The position numbers were made by a program, and so were the translations under genes. A stretch of DNA of 64,000 nt from the human T2T-CHM13v2.0 reference genome, Homo sapiens. The stretch is taken from assembly GCF_009914755.1 (NCBI RefSeq), contig NC_060929.1; one strand, 5' to 3'. Under the pieces are notes generated by a model that was not told the origin of the DNA, did no database searches, and saw nothing but the letters and a program-made list of their open reading frames with translations. Shown here piece by piece: positions 1-11,724 of this stretch (its first letter is position 1; the number at the start of each line of letters is the position of its first letter).

Positions 1-639
1 GAGTAATTGACCTCAGTGACCAAGAGTTATTTGATTCTTAACTGAGTGCTATGGGTGGGGTGGTGGTAATTAAATTACTTTCTAAACTAATTGGGAAAGT
101 TTCACTGATTGTTAGCAATATGATAAAAACACTGTTAGCAAAAGAAAAAAGTTTTTAAGGTCAAATAAAATCATCTGTTTCCTACTATTGTTCAAAACCT
201 TCAAAAAATTTTCTTTGCAGAATATCTAGTTCAAGTTTCTGCTGTTAGCATGGATTATATTTAAACTTTATACAACAAGCATATTTAAAATATTTGGCCA
301 TTAACTCCAATAAGACTATTAGAAAGCATATTGGACTTAATGGTAAAATTTATCTAATGAGGTCAACTCTCTATCAGCCTTTTATATATTACATCATCTT
401 TAAATTCAGGCTCCACTTCTCTACCTATGAGACTCTCCTTCGACTATGAAACTTGTTTTTTCTTTATCTTTTACATTTATACAATCCTAAAATAATCTCC
501 TGGATACAAGTAATTTACTTTGACAATTGTTATGTAGTTTTTACTGAACATTTTGCTCTTCCTTTTCTCAAATTCTTATTTATGTTGTCTTTAATTTGGG
601 GGACTCCTTTCTATTTTCCTCAGCTTCTTATTTCTTTAT

Positions 640-930
640 GTCATTCTTCTAGTAATGAAAACAATTTATGCAATGACTCAATATTCTCATTATAATTTTG
701 TATATCAAATTACTCCTCTGAGTTTTTTTCTATTTTGCTGATTTGTGGACGTCTAAATTTTTGTCTTTGACTTTCTATCTCTACTGTCCCTGAGTCTCAA
801 TCACTTCATGATTTTAGTTACCATTTGTTACTAATAGCTACCAAATCAATATTTACACCTCAGTAGCTCCTGTAAGTACTAGATTCATATTAACAATGTC
901 TCGTCTCTACTACAATATCCCAGAACTTGA
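640..930 (+). mobile_element. Degraded L2 LINE fragment
   Basis: Pyrimidine-rich text resembling the L2 3' region (AATCACTTCATGATTTTAGTTACCATTTG...); boundaries approximate. Confidence 0.4.
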
Positions 931-1159
931 TGATTGTTAGGGCATCCTCTTTCATGTATTCATTCCAAAATTTGTTGTATACCAGCTATTATTAGAGAAG
1001 ACAGTCCTAAGTCATTTTAACAGTGAAATTAGTACATGGAAATGCACTTTCAGATGGGAAGAAATAGTTCCAACTAAGTAAATGGTTTGAGAAAGTCAGA
1101 GATCCCAAACATGTACCTGTCCAACATCAATGATCAGGAAAAAAAAATCCTCTTTAAAA

Positions 1160-1528
<369 letters not shown>

Positions 1529-1727
1529 TTAACTGGAAAGCTAATTGTTTCCCATGTATGAGTCATTATTTTATTTATTAAAAACCACTACAACAATAAA
1601 TGTTATAGGCTGATAGGCTTTTATCAATGCCTTTTTATGATCATGGTTATTATGAAGAATTGTAGTGCACATTCTTCTTAAATTAAACAAACCTTTGCCC
1701 TCAATATGGTATCCTCTTAAAACATAC

Positions 1728-1879
1728 TAGGTGTTCTCAAACTTGAGTATCAGAATTCTCTGGAGGATTTGTTAAACCTGGAGTATGTAATATGTGGATC
1801 TGGGCTGGAGACTGAGAATTTGCAGTTCTAGCAAGTTCCTAGTTGATGCTTCTTCAAAGACCACATGTTGGGAATCATG
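1728..1879. mobile_element. MER5A-like hAT-Charlie MITE
   Basis: GTTCTCAAACTTGAG...CTGAGAATTTGCAGTTCTAGCAAGTTCCTAG...GACCACATGTTGGGAATC resembles MER5A. Confidence 0.7.
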
Positions 1880-3463
1880 AACAAACAATACTACTAATAC
1901 TTGTTTTTTTCCACACCTGTTTTAAAACTTCTACAAGTTTAATTTGCTACATTTATAGATATTTGGAGAAAAAAGTGGCACATGACTTAGGATTTGCATA
2001 ACGCTATCTGTTTCACAAACTTTTTATTTAAACCTTGACCAAGCTATTTGCACATTTAAGATAAATCTTTTACACAAAGCTTTGGGGACTGATTTTATTG
2101 TGCTAATTCCTAGGACAACAGGCTCATTGAAATATCTCAAACTTTCAAGTCTCCTCACTGGAAACAACACTGTGCAAAGGACAACTTATTTGAAGAACTA
2201 TTTCAGAAAGAACTCCAACATCATGAGTGATTATTATGCACAGCAGGTGTAAATGAATTATTTATCAAATATGTTTTCATTATTTCTCAGTGAAAACATT
2301 GAAGATCTTCTTTCCAAGCACCCAGTTTCAACAATCATTTGTACACAGAGCAGGTCTTTACTTAGACAAATATTTATGGGTATGCTTTCATATGAAAAAT
2401 GAAAGAGCTATTATAAACACAAACACTGTACTGTATTTTGAAAGCATAAAGTGAATAATTAGTAAATAATTATGCCATTTGATAAACAATTTTCTTCATT
2501 GCTCACTTAACTTCATCTTGTGTTTTAACATTTGGCATTTTTAAAGGGTTTATTATGCACCCCTCTCTCAGAGGAAAAAAAATATTAATCTAAAAACACA
2601 AGCTATTTGTGCAACTTAATATCAGAGGTACTGCAATGATGAGCTCAAAATTTTCAAGCAAGTATCTAATAAGTAAATGTGCTCAGGTAAACAAGAACTT
2701 TAACCACCTATATAGGTTTTACATACATGTGCAGTAATGGTACAGGATCTATTAAATGTGTCTAATAGATATACACACAGACAAACACACACAAATACCC
2801 TCATACAACACACACACAGACTCTGTTCACACAGGATAACTATTTGTCCTTCAAATGAGCAAACATTTTTATGATACAAAGAACCTGCTCAATGCAACTA
2901 TTTATTTGATATATTATAGCATATATTTATTTTGCAAGTGATTCACAGTTCAAATTGTTTATTGATATCATTACATCCTAACTTTTATGAAGTACCCTAA
3001 ACTCTTCAAGACCAACCAAAGATTCATATGAAAGGAATTTTGTAATTCAGTTATGAAGAAAATTATTTACTTGCCATCCTAGACAAAATTTTATATATTG
3101 TATATTATTGCCAAATAAAAATGATTACAAAATAAAATTAGCACTTGTCAAATCTAGGTGCCTGTTAGGGAAAACAATATTTTAAATAAAATTTTATACT
3201 TATTGAAAAAGTCCTCTGATGGTCTAGTTGAAGGCTAATCATGTTTGATCAGATTTTCAGTATACATAATTACAGTTGAATAAATCTAGTTTGTTATGTC
3301 CATATCTTTTATAATAGTTAACATAGTATATCATTATTGTTTCCCAAATAAAAAGAAATCATTTTTGGAAACCTGTTCCCTTTAGATGAAATATTTTATT
3401 TTCAACAACAAGGGTTTTGATTTGAAACTGTATCTTCTTTTCTTTTTAAATATTGAAAGTTTA

Positions 3464-3782
3464 GGCCAGGCGCAGTGGCTCACGCCTGTAATCCCAACAC
3501 TTTGAGAGGCCAAGAAAGGTGGATCACATGAGCTCAGGAGTTCAAGACCAGCCTAGCCAACATGGCGAAACCCGTCTCTACTAAAAATACAAATATTAGC
3601 TGGGCGTGTGGCGGGCGCCTGTAGTCCCAGCTACTTAGTAGGCTGGGTCAGCAGAATCGCTTGAACCCAGGAGATGGAGATTCCTGTGAGCTGGGATTTT
3701 GCCACTGCACTGCAGCTTGGGCTACAGAGCGAGACTCCACCCACTCCTAGACACCCCCGCAACAAAAAAAAAAAAAAAAAAA
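3464..3782 (+). mobile_element. AluS-type SINE
   Basis: GGCCAGGCGCAGTGGCTCACGCC start, dimeric body, poly(A); short C-rich insert just before the tail. Confidence 0.95.
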
Positions 3783-4494
3783 GAGGAAGTTTATAAGTAA
3801 GTTAAGAGGACAAACCAAACCAAGAATTGCACATTATCTTATCAGGTCATTGCAACCTTTTTTTTTTTTTTAAATCATTAATGCTTATTAGAACTACTTA
3901 AACTGAATTGAAACACCTTATTTTGAACAGACACCAGGACTTTTACTAAACACAGAATTCCATATTAGAATGACTTTCATAGAAAATTATATATATGCAC
4001 CCTATATATTAATTTCCCAAATTTAGGAATATTTTAATATTATAATTCACAAATAATGAGAAATCATTCCTCACTCTAGTAATCCTATTATATTTTACAT
4101 TGGGATAGATAACAAAGAATTTAAAACATTGAACATTACAGTGAAAGTAGATGGATTAGGACTTTCAAAATGGATATCTAGGGAACAAAGAGAAATAGAT
4201 GATACTCAGAGAAGGCAAGGCTCACTTAATCAGAAACTTCAAATTATTATGGGACATTATGTGAGTGCGAACTCTAAATTATCTGTCTTTAATATGGAGA
4301 TGACTTTAAATTCTAACCTGTGCATCTGAAGTTAAAAAATGAGAGTTTCTTTGAAAGTAAGAGTAAATATATTATTGTCATATATTACTATAAAATATTG
4401 TTGAATTTCTTTCAAGAGAATTAACATCTTCACCTATCTTTAACTGAAGGTGGAGATATAGAACCCAACCTCCAATATACAATGCTCTTTGCAG

Positions 4495-4720
4495 AATCAT
4501 GGCATAGAGAGCTTGGATTATAAAGCCAGATAGACATACTATAAGTCCCGGGCCTCATGCTACCACCTATAAACTGTTTATTTGGTTATTTTACCTTTTG
4601 GAACCGGTTTTCTCCGCTATAAAGTGGGAATAAGATAACCTTTGTCATAGGAGTAGACACTTTTTTAAACACCAAGCTGACCTGGCTCAGTGACTAACAG
4701 TGGAGTACCCAATAATGGTT
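4495..4720 (+). mobile_element. MIR SINE relic
   Basis: Core-like GGTTTTCTCCGCTATAAAGTGGGAATAAGATAACC; boundaries approximate. Confidence 0.55.
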
Positions 4721-6729
4721 CTTTTTTTCCTTCCTTCATGGTCTTCCTACAATCTGACATTTAAATCTGTATGACATTTTCATTTTCAATGCTTTTCTAA
4801 GCTATTATCTGTTTGTTGATTGTAGTTATTAGTTTAATTATCTTTGCAAATTCCCAATGCCTTCTGGATATTATCAATTCCATTTTTTCTACTATTACGT
4901 AAACCCTTGTTGAATGAGAAAGGAAACAAAACAGTTATAAAAACCCAAGCTACATGAAAATTACTAGAATTTTCTGTCTATTTTAGGTATGTATGCTTTA
5001 AGTGAGGAGCTTGAAAAATTTGAGATATGGAGAAAAAATAAGATTTGACCATCTTCTTGCAAGTAAATTAGTTTTCCTAAGGTCAAAATACGGTAATAGA
5101 GAACTTCTTACTTTTCAATTCAATATATTGCATGATATTTTAAAATATAAAACCCAGCTGTCATACTAAGTTACCCTGTCTGTGATTTAACGTTCTAATA
5201 AAGAGTAAAGTTAAAAACAGAGTCTGAAGAAATCTTACAGAGATTGCATATGTAAGAAATGATTTACTAGTTCTGTATCATCCAACCATCCACCAGGGCA
5301 ACAGTAAGCGATTTGAACAAGATAATAAAATATCTTAGAAAAGTTAATTTGGACCTTAACTGTAAGTAATTACCACTCTAGAATTATTAAATTGTTTAAA
5401 AACATTCTTCACTCACAATCTGCTAGTGGTTGGTTACACTAATTCAGAAGGGGGATTAAATTAGTGCAAATATGGACAGTATTATTAAAAGCAAGAACAA
5501 ATTTTCTTCCTATTTCCTAAGGACAAACAACTATGAAACTATGTGCTTTCTCCACCAATCTTTAGTTACAAGTAAAGAAATGGATAATTAGTTAATGTCT
5601 GTAGTATTAGGAAGTGGGTAGGAAACATGTTGCACGTTGGATGTAAGAAGTGTATTTCTTCATTTCACAGTGGCAGGCTTTAATCTAAATAAGTAGATAA
5701 AGGAATCCATTCCAAGGAGATGCTTTTGGATTCCACACATTAGAAGTAAATGTCAGCTTCTTTCTATTAGTTTGTATTCTCATAATTAAGTAATATGACT
5801 ATGACCCTGCTGCTTATATAGCAACTCAGAAAGGGTGTCTATTTAATTGTCAGGTTATTCGTTATCACTTGTATATGGTATGGCCGAGAGGACTAAAGAA
5901 TCTAAACTCATTGCTCTAATAGGAAACACTTCCCGATGTCACTGTCATTAGATTGCTGCCACCTGAGCGAGGACAATTCAAGTAAATTGGGGGCTGTAAA
6001 CCTGACGAGATGTGCTGTTAAGCCATCCCAGTGGAATCTGACACTTGATCAGCAATTTCACTGAGGAGAGGTGCACAAAGATCACCAGTATGCAAGGAAA
6101 AGCTCTATACCTGATGACCTTAGAGATTTTGTTTTCTTTCCGGAGTAAGAGAAAATGAAAGCAGGACCACAGATTAGCTACTTAACACTACAAAAATATT
6201 TCAAATACTTAAATTATTTCTTCATTCTAAACAAAAGAAAGCAAATAAACAACAAAAACAAAATCAGAACAAATGGAAGGGAAAATAGAGAAATGCTTAG
6301 AAGTGATAAACAGGAAACCCAGAATTTTCAATTACCTGAATCAAAACAAGTCAACTGATAGTAAATAATGAAGAGAATTTTCACACCCTTTCTTTCCTGA
6401 GGAATATGCATTAAATTTTATATCTGATAAGTAAACATCTGTTAAAATAGATGAGAGATTCTTTAGAAGTCGTATTCTGTCCACAGGATTGTTGCTTCCT
6501 CTGACACTAATGAATGCTTTGTACATACACATAAAAGAAATTTTTTTCCTAGTTGAGTTATTTTCATTGTGATGTGAGGCAAGACTTTTACGTGGATCTT
6601 GATGTCGATAGCTAAAATTAGAAACTTTCAAGGTGACATCAAATGAATACTTAAAAGGGATAGAGCAAATACCAAGCTGTTGACTGATTCTGCAAGATCC
6701 ATTTATTAAAAATATATTCGTTTGGGGGA

Positions 6730-6817
6730 GTTTAACAATAGGTACACATGGACATACAGAGTGGAATAATGGACATTGGTGTCTACAGAAGATGGGAGGA
6801 TGGGAGGACGGTGAGGG
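6730..6817 (+). mobile_element. L1 3'UTR fragment (L1PB-like)
   Basis: GGTACACATGGACATACAGAGTGGAATAATGGACATTGG...GGGAGGATGGGAGGACGGTGAGGG. Confidence 0.65.
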
Positions 6818-7214
6818 TTTGTTGTTGTGCTTTCAGAAAAGTCTTTAAAGGAACATACAGAAGTAAACAGAGTGCATTTTAAAAAGGAGTAAGAGGGAAG
6901 CTCCAAAGTCCAAATTTAAAGCAAAAAAGCATTTTATGGATCTCTCTCTCCTGCCCGCTCCCGCAAAGATAGATGATTCATTGATTGATAGATAGATAGA
7001 TAAGATAGATCAGATAAATGTTTTTAATAACCAACATTAAATATTTGGTGACCCAGACTCCAACAAATACAAACAAAAATTACTTAAGCAACAGCTGTCA
7101 TATTTAGGAAAACAAAGGGATCACATTCAAGGAAAAGGTGGGATTAAAAGAATCAAGATATTAAGAAAAGCCTGTGCAAATGAGAATATATAAATATATA
7201 AGATTATATATGCT

Positions 7215-7675
7215 TGTGAACACAGAAAATCTGAGACAGGTCTCAGTTAATTTAGAAAGTTTATTTTGCCAAGGTCGAGGACGTGCCCTTGACACAGCCT
7301 CAGGAAGTCCTGATGACATGTGCCCAAGGTAGTTGGGGCACAGCTTGGTTTTATACATTTTAGGGAGACATGAGACATCAATCAATATATGTAAGAAATA
7401 CATTGGTTCAGTCTGGAAAGGTGGGACAACTTGAAGCAAAGGCAGGAAGAGTCAAAGCGGGGAGGGGACTTCCAAGTCACAGATAGGTGAGACATAAACA
7501 TTTGCATTCTTTTGCTTTTCTGATTAACCTTTGCAAAGGAGGCAAGCAGATATGCATCTATCTCAGTGAGCAGAGGATAACTTTGAATAGAATGGGAGCC
7601 AGGTTTCCCCTAAGCAGTTTCCAGCTTGAGTTTTCCTTAGTGATTTTTGGGGGCCCAAGATATTTTCCTTTCACA
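7215..7675 (-). mobile_element. Solo ERV1 LTR, MER4A1-like
   Basis: TG...CA ends; minus strand begins TGTGAAAGGAAAATATCTTGGGCCCCCAAAAATCACTAAGG; 4-bp TSD TGCT at 7211-7214 and 7676-7679. Confidence 0.9.
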
Positions 7676-8329
7676 TGCTTATAAATATGCATATGAACAT
7701 TTAGTTATTTATGCACATAAACATATCTTTTCTTATTGTGTATTTTCTTTTATATAGTTCTATATTTGTATTAAATCCCCCAATTTTTAATAAATTCTTA
7801 TTATCCTACACTTTATGTATATAATTATGTATTTTATCAGTATATAGACTGATGATATAGGAAACACTGGCAATTTGAATCCACCTTTACATCATAGACA
7901 GATAATACATAGATATAGATGAAGAGAATGTCACTGAAATATATTAATAATCAGAATTATGAATTTCCAGATGACCCAGATTTTATAACATCAGCACAGT
8001 ATGTATGATGGGGTCATTTCCCTATAAAATCATAAATTATTGTGTTTGCAGGGAGGGGAGGTTATTAAGTACATTTTTTTCCCTTAAAGGATAGTCAGAA
8101 AATCTGGGTGAAGTTTGTCCATCAAAAATTCATAGAAATCTATTTTGATGATAGCCTTTTCTTTCCAAACATAAATATATATAAAAACTTTTGAGAAGAG
8201 AACTTAATAAAAAAATTAGAACATACATAAATTAATATTTTTCTAGGTGCAAATAACAGTCACTGTGAATTGGATAAATGAAACAGAAGATTTATTTGCT
8301 TACATTACTGAAAGTCTTATATTGTGCTG

Positions 8330-8779
8330 TGTGATGGTTAATACTGAATCTAATCAACTTGATTAGATTGAAGGATGCAAAATATTGATCCTGTATATGT
8401 CTGTGAGGGTGTTGTGAAAGGAGATTAACATTTGAGTCAGTGGACTGGGAAAAGCAGACCCATCCTTTTTCTGGGTGAGTGCCATCTAATCAGCTGCCAG
8501 CATGGCTAGACTACAAAGCGGCAGAAAAATGAGAAAAGACTATACTGGCCTAGCCTGCCAGCCTGCATCATTCTCCCATGCTGGGTACTTCCTGCCCTTG
8601 AACATGAAACTCCAAGTTCTTCAGTTTTGGGAATGAGACTGGCTTTCCTTGCTCCTCAGCTTTCAGACAGCCTATTGTGGGACCTTGTGATCATGTGAGT
8701 TGATAATAAATTCACACACACACACACACATACACACACCCTATTAGTTCTGTCCCTCTAGAGAACCCTGATTAATACA
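8330..8779 (+). mobile_element. 5' LTR (MLT2A1-type)
   Basis: TGTGATGGTTAATACTG...GAGAACCCTGATTAATACA; 450 bp; AATAAA 8705-8710. Confidence 0.92.
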
Positions 8780-8784
8780 GATTT

Positions 8785-8799
8785 TGGTACCAGGAGTGG
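8785..8799 (+). other. Primer binding site, tRNA-Leu
   Basis: TGGTACCAGGAGTGG just after the 5' LTR is complementary to the 3' end of tRNA-Leu(UAA). Confidence 0.85.
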
Positions 8800-8823
8800 T
8801 TCTAGAGGAACAGAATATTAAGG

Positions 8824-10700
8824 ATGGAGTTCTTTCGTTGGTTTTGGAGTTTCTGGAGTTGGCTGCTTAATATGATTAGACCCAAAAATACTAAGGACTC
8901 TACATCTAATAGTATGGAGAACACTGATAGTCCTTGGCATAAACTGTTTAGAGAGTTATGCAAAATAAATGCATTTGACACTCCTGATTCACTACTCACG
9001 AAAGGCAAGGAATTTAGTGGCTCTATACATAATACTTTTGATCATATTTGGAGAACCAGGGAACATAATGCAGCTGTTGCTCCTATGTTCAGTGGACAAA
9101 GTGACAAAAGAAAATGATGAAATCAGGGATTCTGTCTCCTGGCTTCAGAAGCAGATACTGAGCCTCAAATGTGCTAAGATCGCCCTGAGTCAGAGTCTTA
9201 TCTCCTGTAGAGAAGGAGCTGAAATTGTGGAAAATCAGACACAAGCTCTTATCATGCGAGTGGCTGACCTGCAATAAAACGTGGACGCACAACCTTGCCG
9301 GGAGTCTACTGTCAAAATGAGGGCATTGATTGGAAAAAGATGGGACCCTGCAAGTTGGAATGGGGATGTGTGGGAGGACCCTGATGAAGCTGGGGACACT
9401 GAGTTTGTAAACTCTGATGAAATCTTTTTGCCAGAAAAAACAGCGTCCCCATCCCCAGTAGTGGCAACATTCCCTCCCCAACCCAGGCTGCCATCAGCCT
9501 TTCCACCTTTGTCTGAGGAGATAAACCCTGCACTGCCTGAGGCAACAGTGATGGCCTCCCCTGAGGCAGTTGCCAGGCAAGATAATGTTAATTCTCTTCA
9601 TGAGCCACCCCCAACACCCCTGTTTGCTTCTAGACATATAACTAGACTAAAGTCCTGGTGGGCCCCTATAGGTGAGGTTGAGAGTGTGACCCATGAGGAG
9701 GTATACTACACTCAAAAAGAACTGCTTGAGTTTTCAAATTTATATAAATAGAAATCTGGACAACAGGCACGGAAATGGATATTAAGGGTGTGGGATAATG
9801 GTGGAAGGACATAGAGTTGGATCAGGCTGAACTTATTGATTTGGGTCTACCAAGTAGGGACTCTGCATTTAATGTTGCAGCTCAGGGAGTTAAAAAAGGT
9901 TCTAATAGTTTGCTTGCTTGGTTAGCTGAAATATGGATTAAAAGATGGCCCACTGTGAGCGAGCTGGAAATGCCTGATCTTGCTTGGTTTAATGTAGAGG
10001 AGGGGATTCAAAGGCTTAGGGAAATTGGGATGGTGGAGTGGATAAGTCACTTTAGACCTACTCATCCCAGCTGGGAGGGTCCAGAAGATATGCCCCTGAC
10101 CAATGCCTTGTGAAATAGATTTGTGAGGGCAGCACTTGCATCTTTGAAGAGCCCTGTAATTGCTCTTCTCTGTATGTAAGATTGAACAGTGGGAATCACA
10201 GTCACTCAATTACCAAATTTAAATATAATGAAAATATTTGGATCCTGGGGCGGGGTGGGTGGGGGGGCGGGCAGTGGCAGAGGCCAGGTGGCAGCACTCA
10301 ACCATCAAAGACAAGGTGAGCCTAGCTATCGTAATGGACAACAGAGGCAAAGCGGCAATCAGAATAGCCTGACTCATGTAGAACTCTGGCATTGGCTAAT
10401 TAATCACAGTGTTCCTAGAAGTAAAATTGATAGGAAGCCTACTCCATTCCTACTTAATTTATATAAGGAGAAAACTTCTAGGTCGAATGGACAAAAGACT
10501 AATTTGAAGTATAAAAAGAGAGACTCATGGCCCCTCAATCAATTTCCAGACTTGAGCCAGTTTACAGACCCAGAACCCCTTGAATGAAAGGGAAGCTGAG
10601 TCCTTTGAGGAAGGACCCCACTACACTACCTACAATTTGTGCTGTTAATCTTTCTCCCATCCTTCCCCAAGGAGACCTCCGGCCTTTTACCAGGGTAACT
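8824..10700 (+). pseudogene. gag: HERV-L gag, disrupted by stops and frameshifts
   Basis: ORF pieces 8824-9117, 8969-9277, 9281-9751, 9817-10113 and 10189-10587 carry ERV-L Gag-like motifs (WDPASWNGDVWED, NSLLAWLAEIWIKRWPT, LWHWLINHSVPR). Confidence 0.88.
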
Positions 10701-10707
10701 GGTAAAA

Positions 10708-11410
10708 AGGTGACAATACTTTGCAGGGCTGGGGCAAAGTTCTCCAGAAGGCCGTGTATACTCTGAATCAGTGTCCAGTATATAGTACTGTTTCTCCCTT
10801 GGCCAGGATTCACAGGTCCAGGAATCAGAGGTGGAAGTGGAAGTGGCACCACTCTCCTTCACTCCTAGTAATCCACCAGCAAAATTTTTGTTTCCTGTCT
10901 TCATGACATTATGTTCTGCTGGCCTAGTGTTCGTAGTTCCAGAGGAAGGAATGCTGCCACCAGGAGACACAACAATGATTCCATTAAACTGGAAGTTAAG
11001 ATTGTCATCTGGACACTTTGGGCTCCTCTTACCTTTAAGTCAACAGGCTAAGAAGGGAGTTACAGTGTTGGCTGGAGTGATTGACCCGGGCTATCAAGAT
11101 GAAATCAGTCTACTACTCCACAATGGAAGTGAGGAAGAGTACACATGGAATACAAGAGATACATTAGGGCATCTCTTAGTATTACCATGCCCTGTGATTA
11201 AGGTCAATGGGAAACTACAATAGCCCAATCCAGGCAGGACTACAAATGGCCCAGACCCTTCAGAAATGAAGGTTTGGGTCATTCTGCTAGGAAAAAAACC
11301 ATGACCTGCTGAAGTGCTTGCTGAAGGCAAAGGGAATACAGAATGGGTAGTAGAAGAAGGTAGTCATCGATACCAACTATGACAACGTGACCAGCTGCAG
11401 AAATGAGCAC
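10708..11410 (+). pseudogene. dut: HERV-L integrase C-terminal remnant plus dUTPase domain
   Basis: LQGWGKVLQKAVYTLNQ (IN tail); ORF 10831-11223 with GHFGLLLPLS and AGVIDPGYQDEI dUTPase motifs. Confidence 0.85.
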
Positions 11411-11724
11411 TGTAATTTTCATGAATTTCCTCCTTTTTTTGTTAAAAACATGTTTGTGCATGTATACACTTGTACTAAGAAAATATCTTCATTTTATTTC
11501 CTTTTTATTTTATTATGTGAGATAAGTTTTATTGACTTCATATCAGCATTTAAGTATTGTTAACCTATGTAATAGTATTTGGGTTGGGGATTGGTGCATT
11601 TATGGTTGTACAAAGGATAGTTGTATTATGTTAGGTGTAATTATGACCTTATGGTTGTCTTTATTTGAAGATTATGTATGCTCTCAGGAGATGTGTATGG
11701 CTTCAAATTGACAAGGGGTGGACT

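Noticed and set aside
5850-5965. Possible cysteine-containing exon (defensin-like idea) after TTGTCAG
   Set aside because: All three frames stop early and there is no six-cysteine pattern
7161-7684. ORFs 7161-7439 and 7487-7684
   Set aside because: Lie almost entirely in the MER4A1 solo LTR
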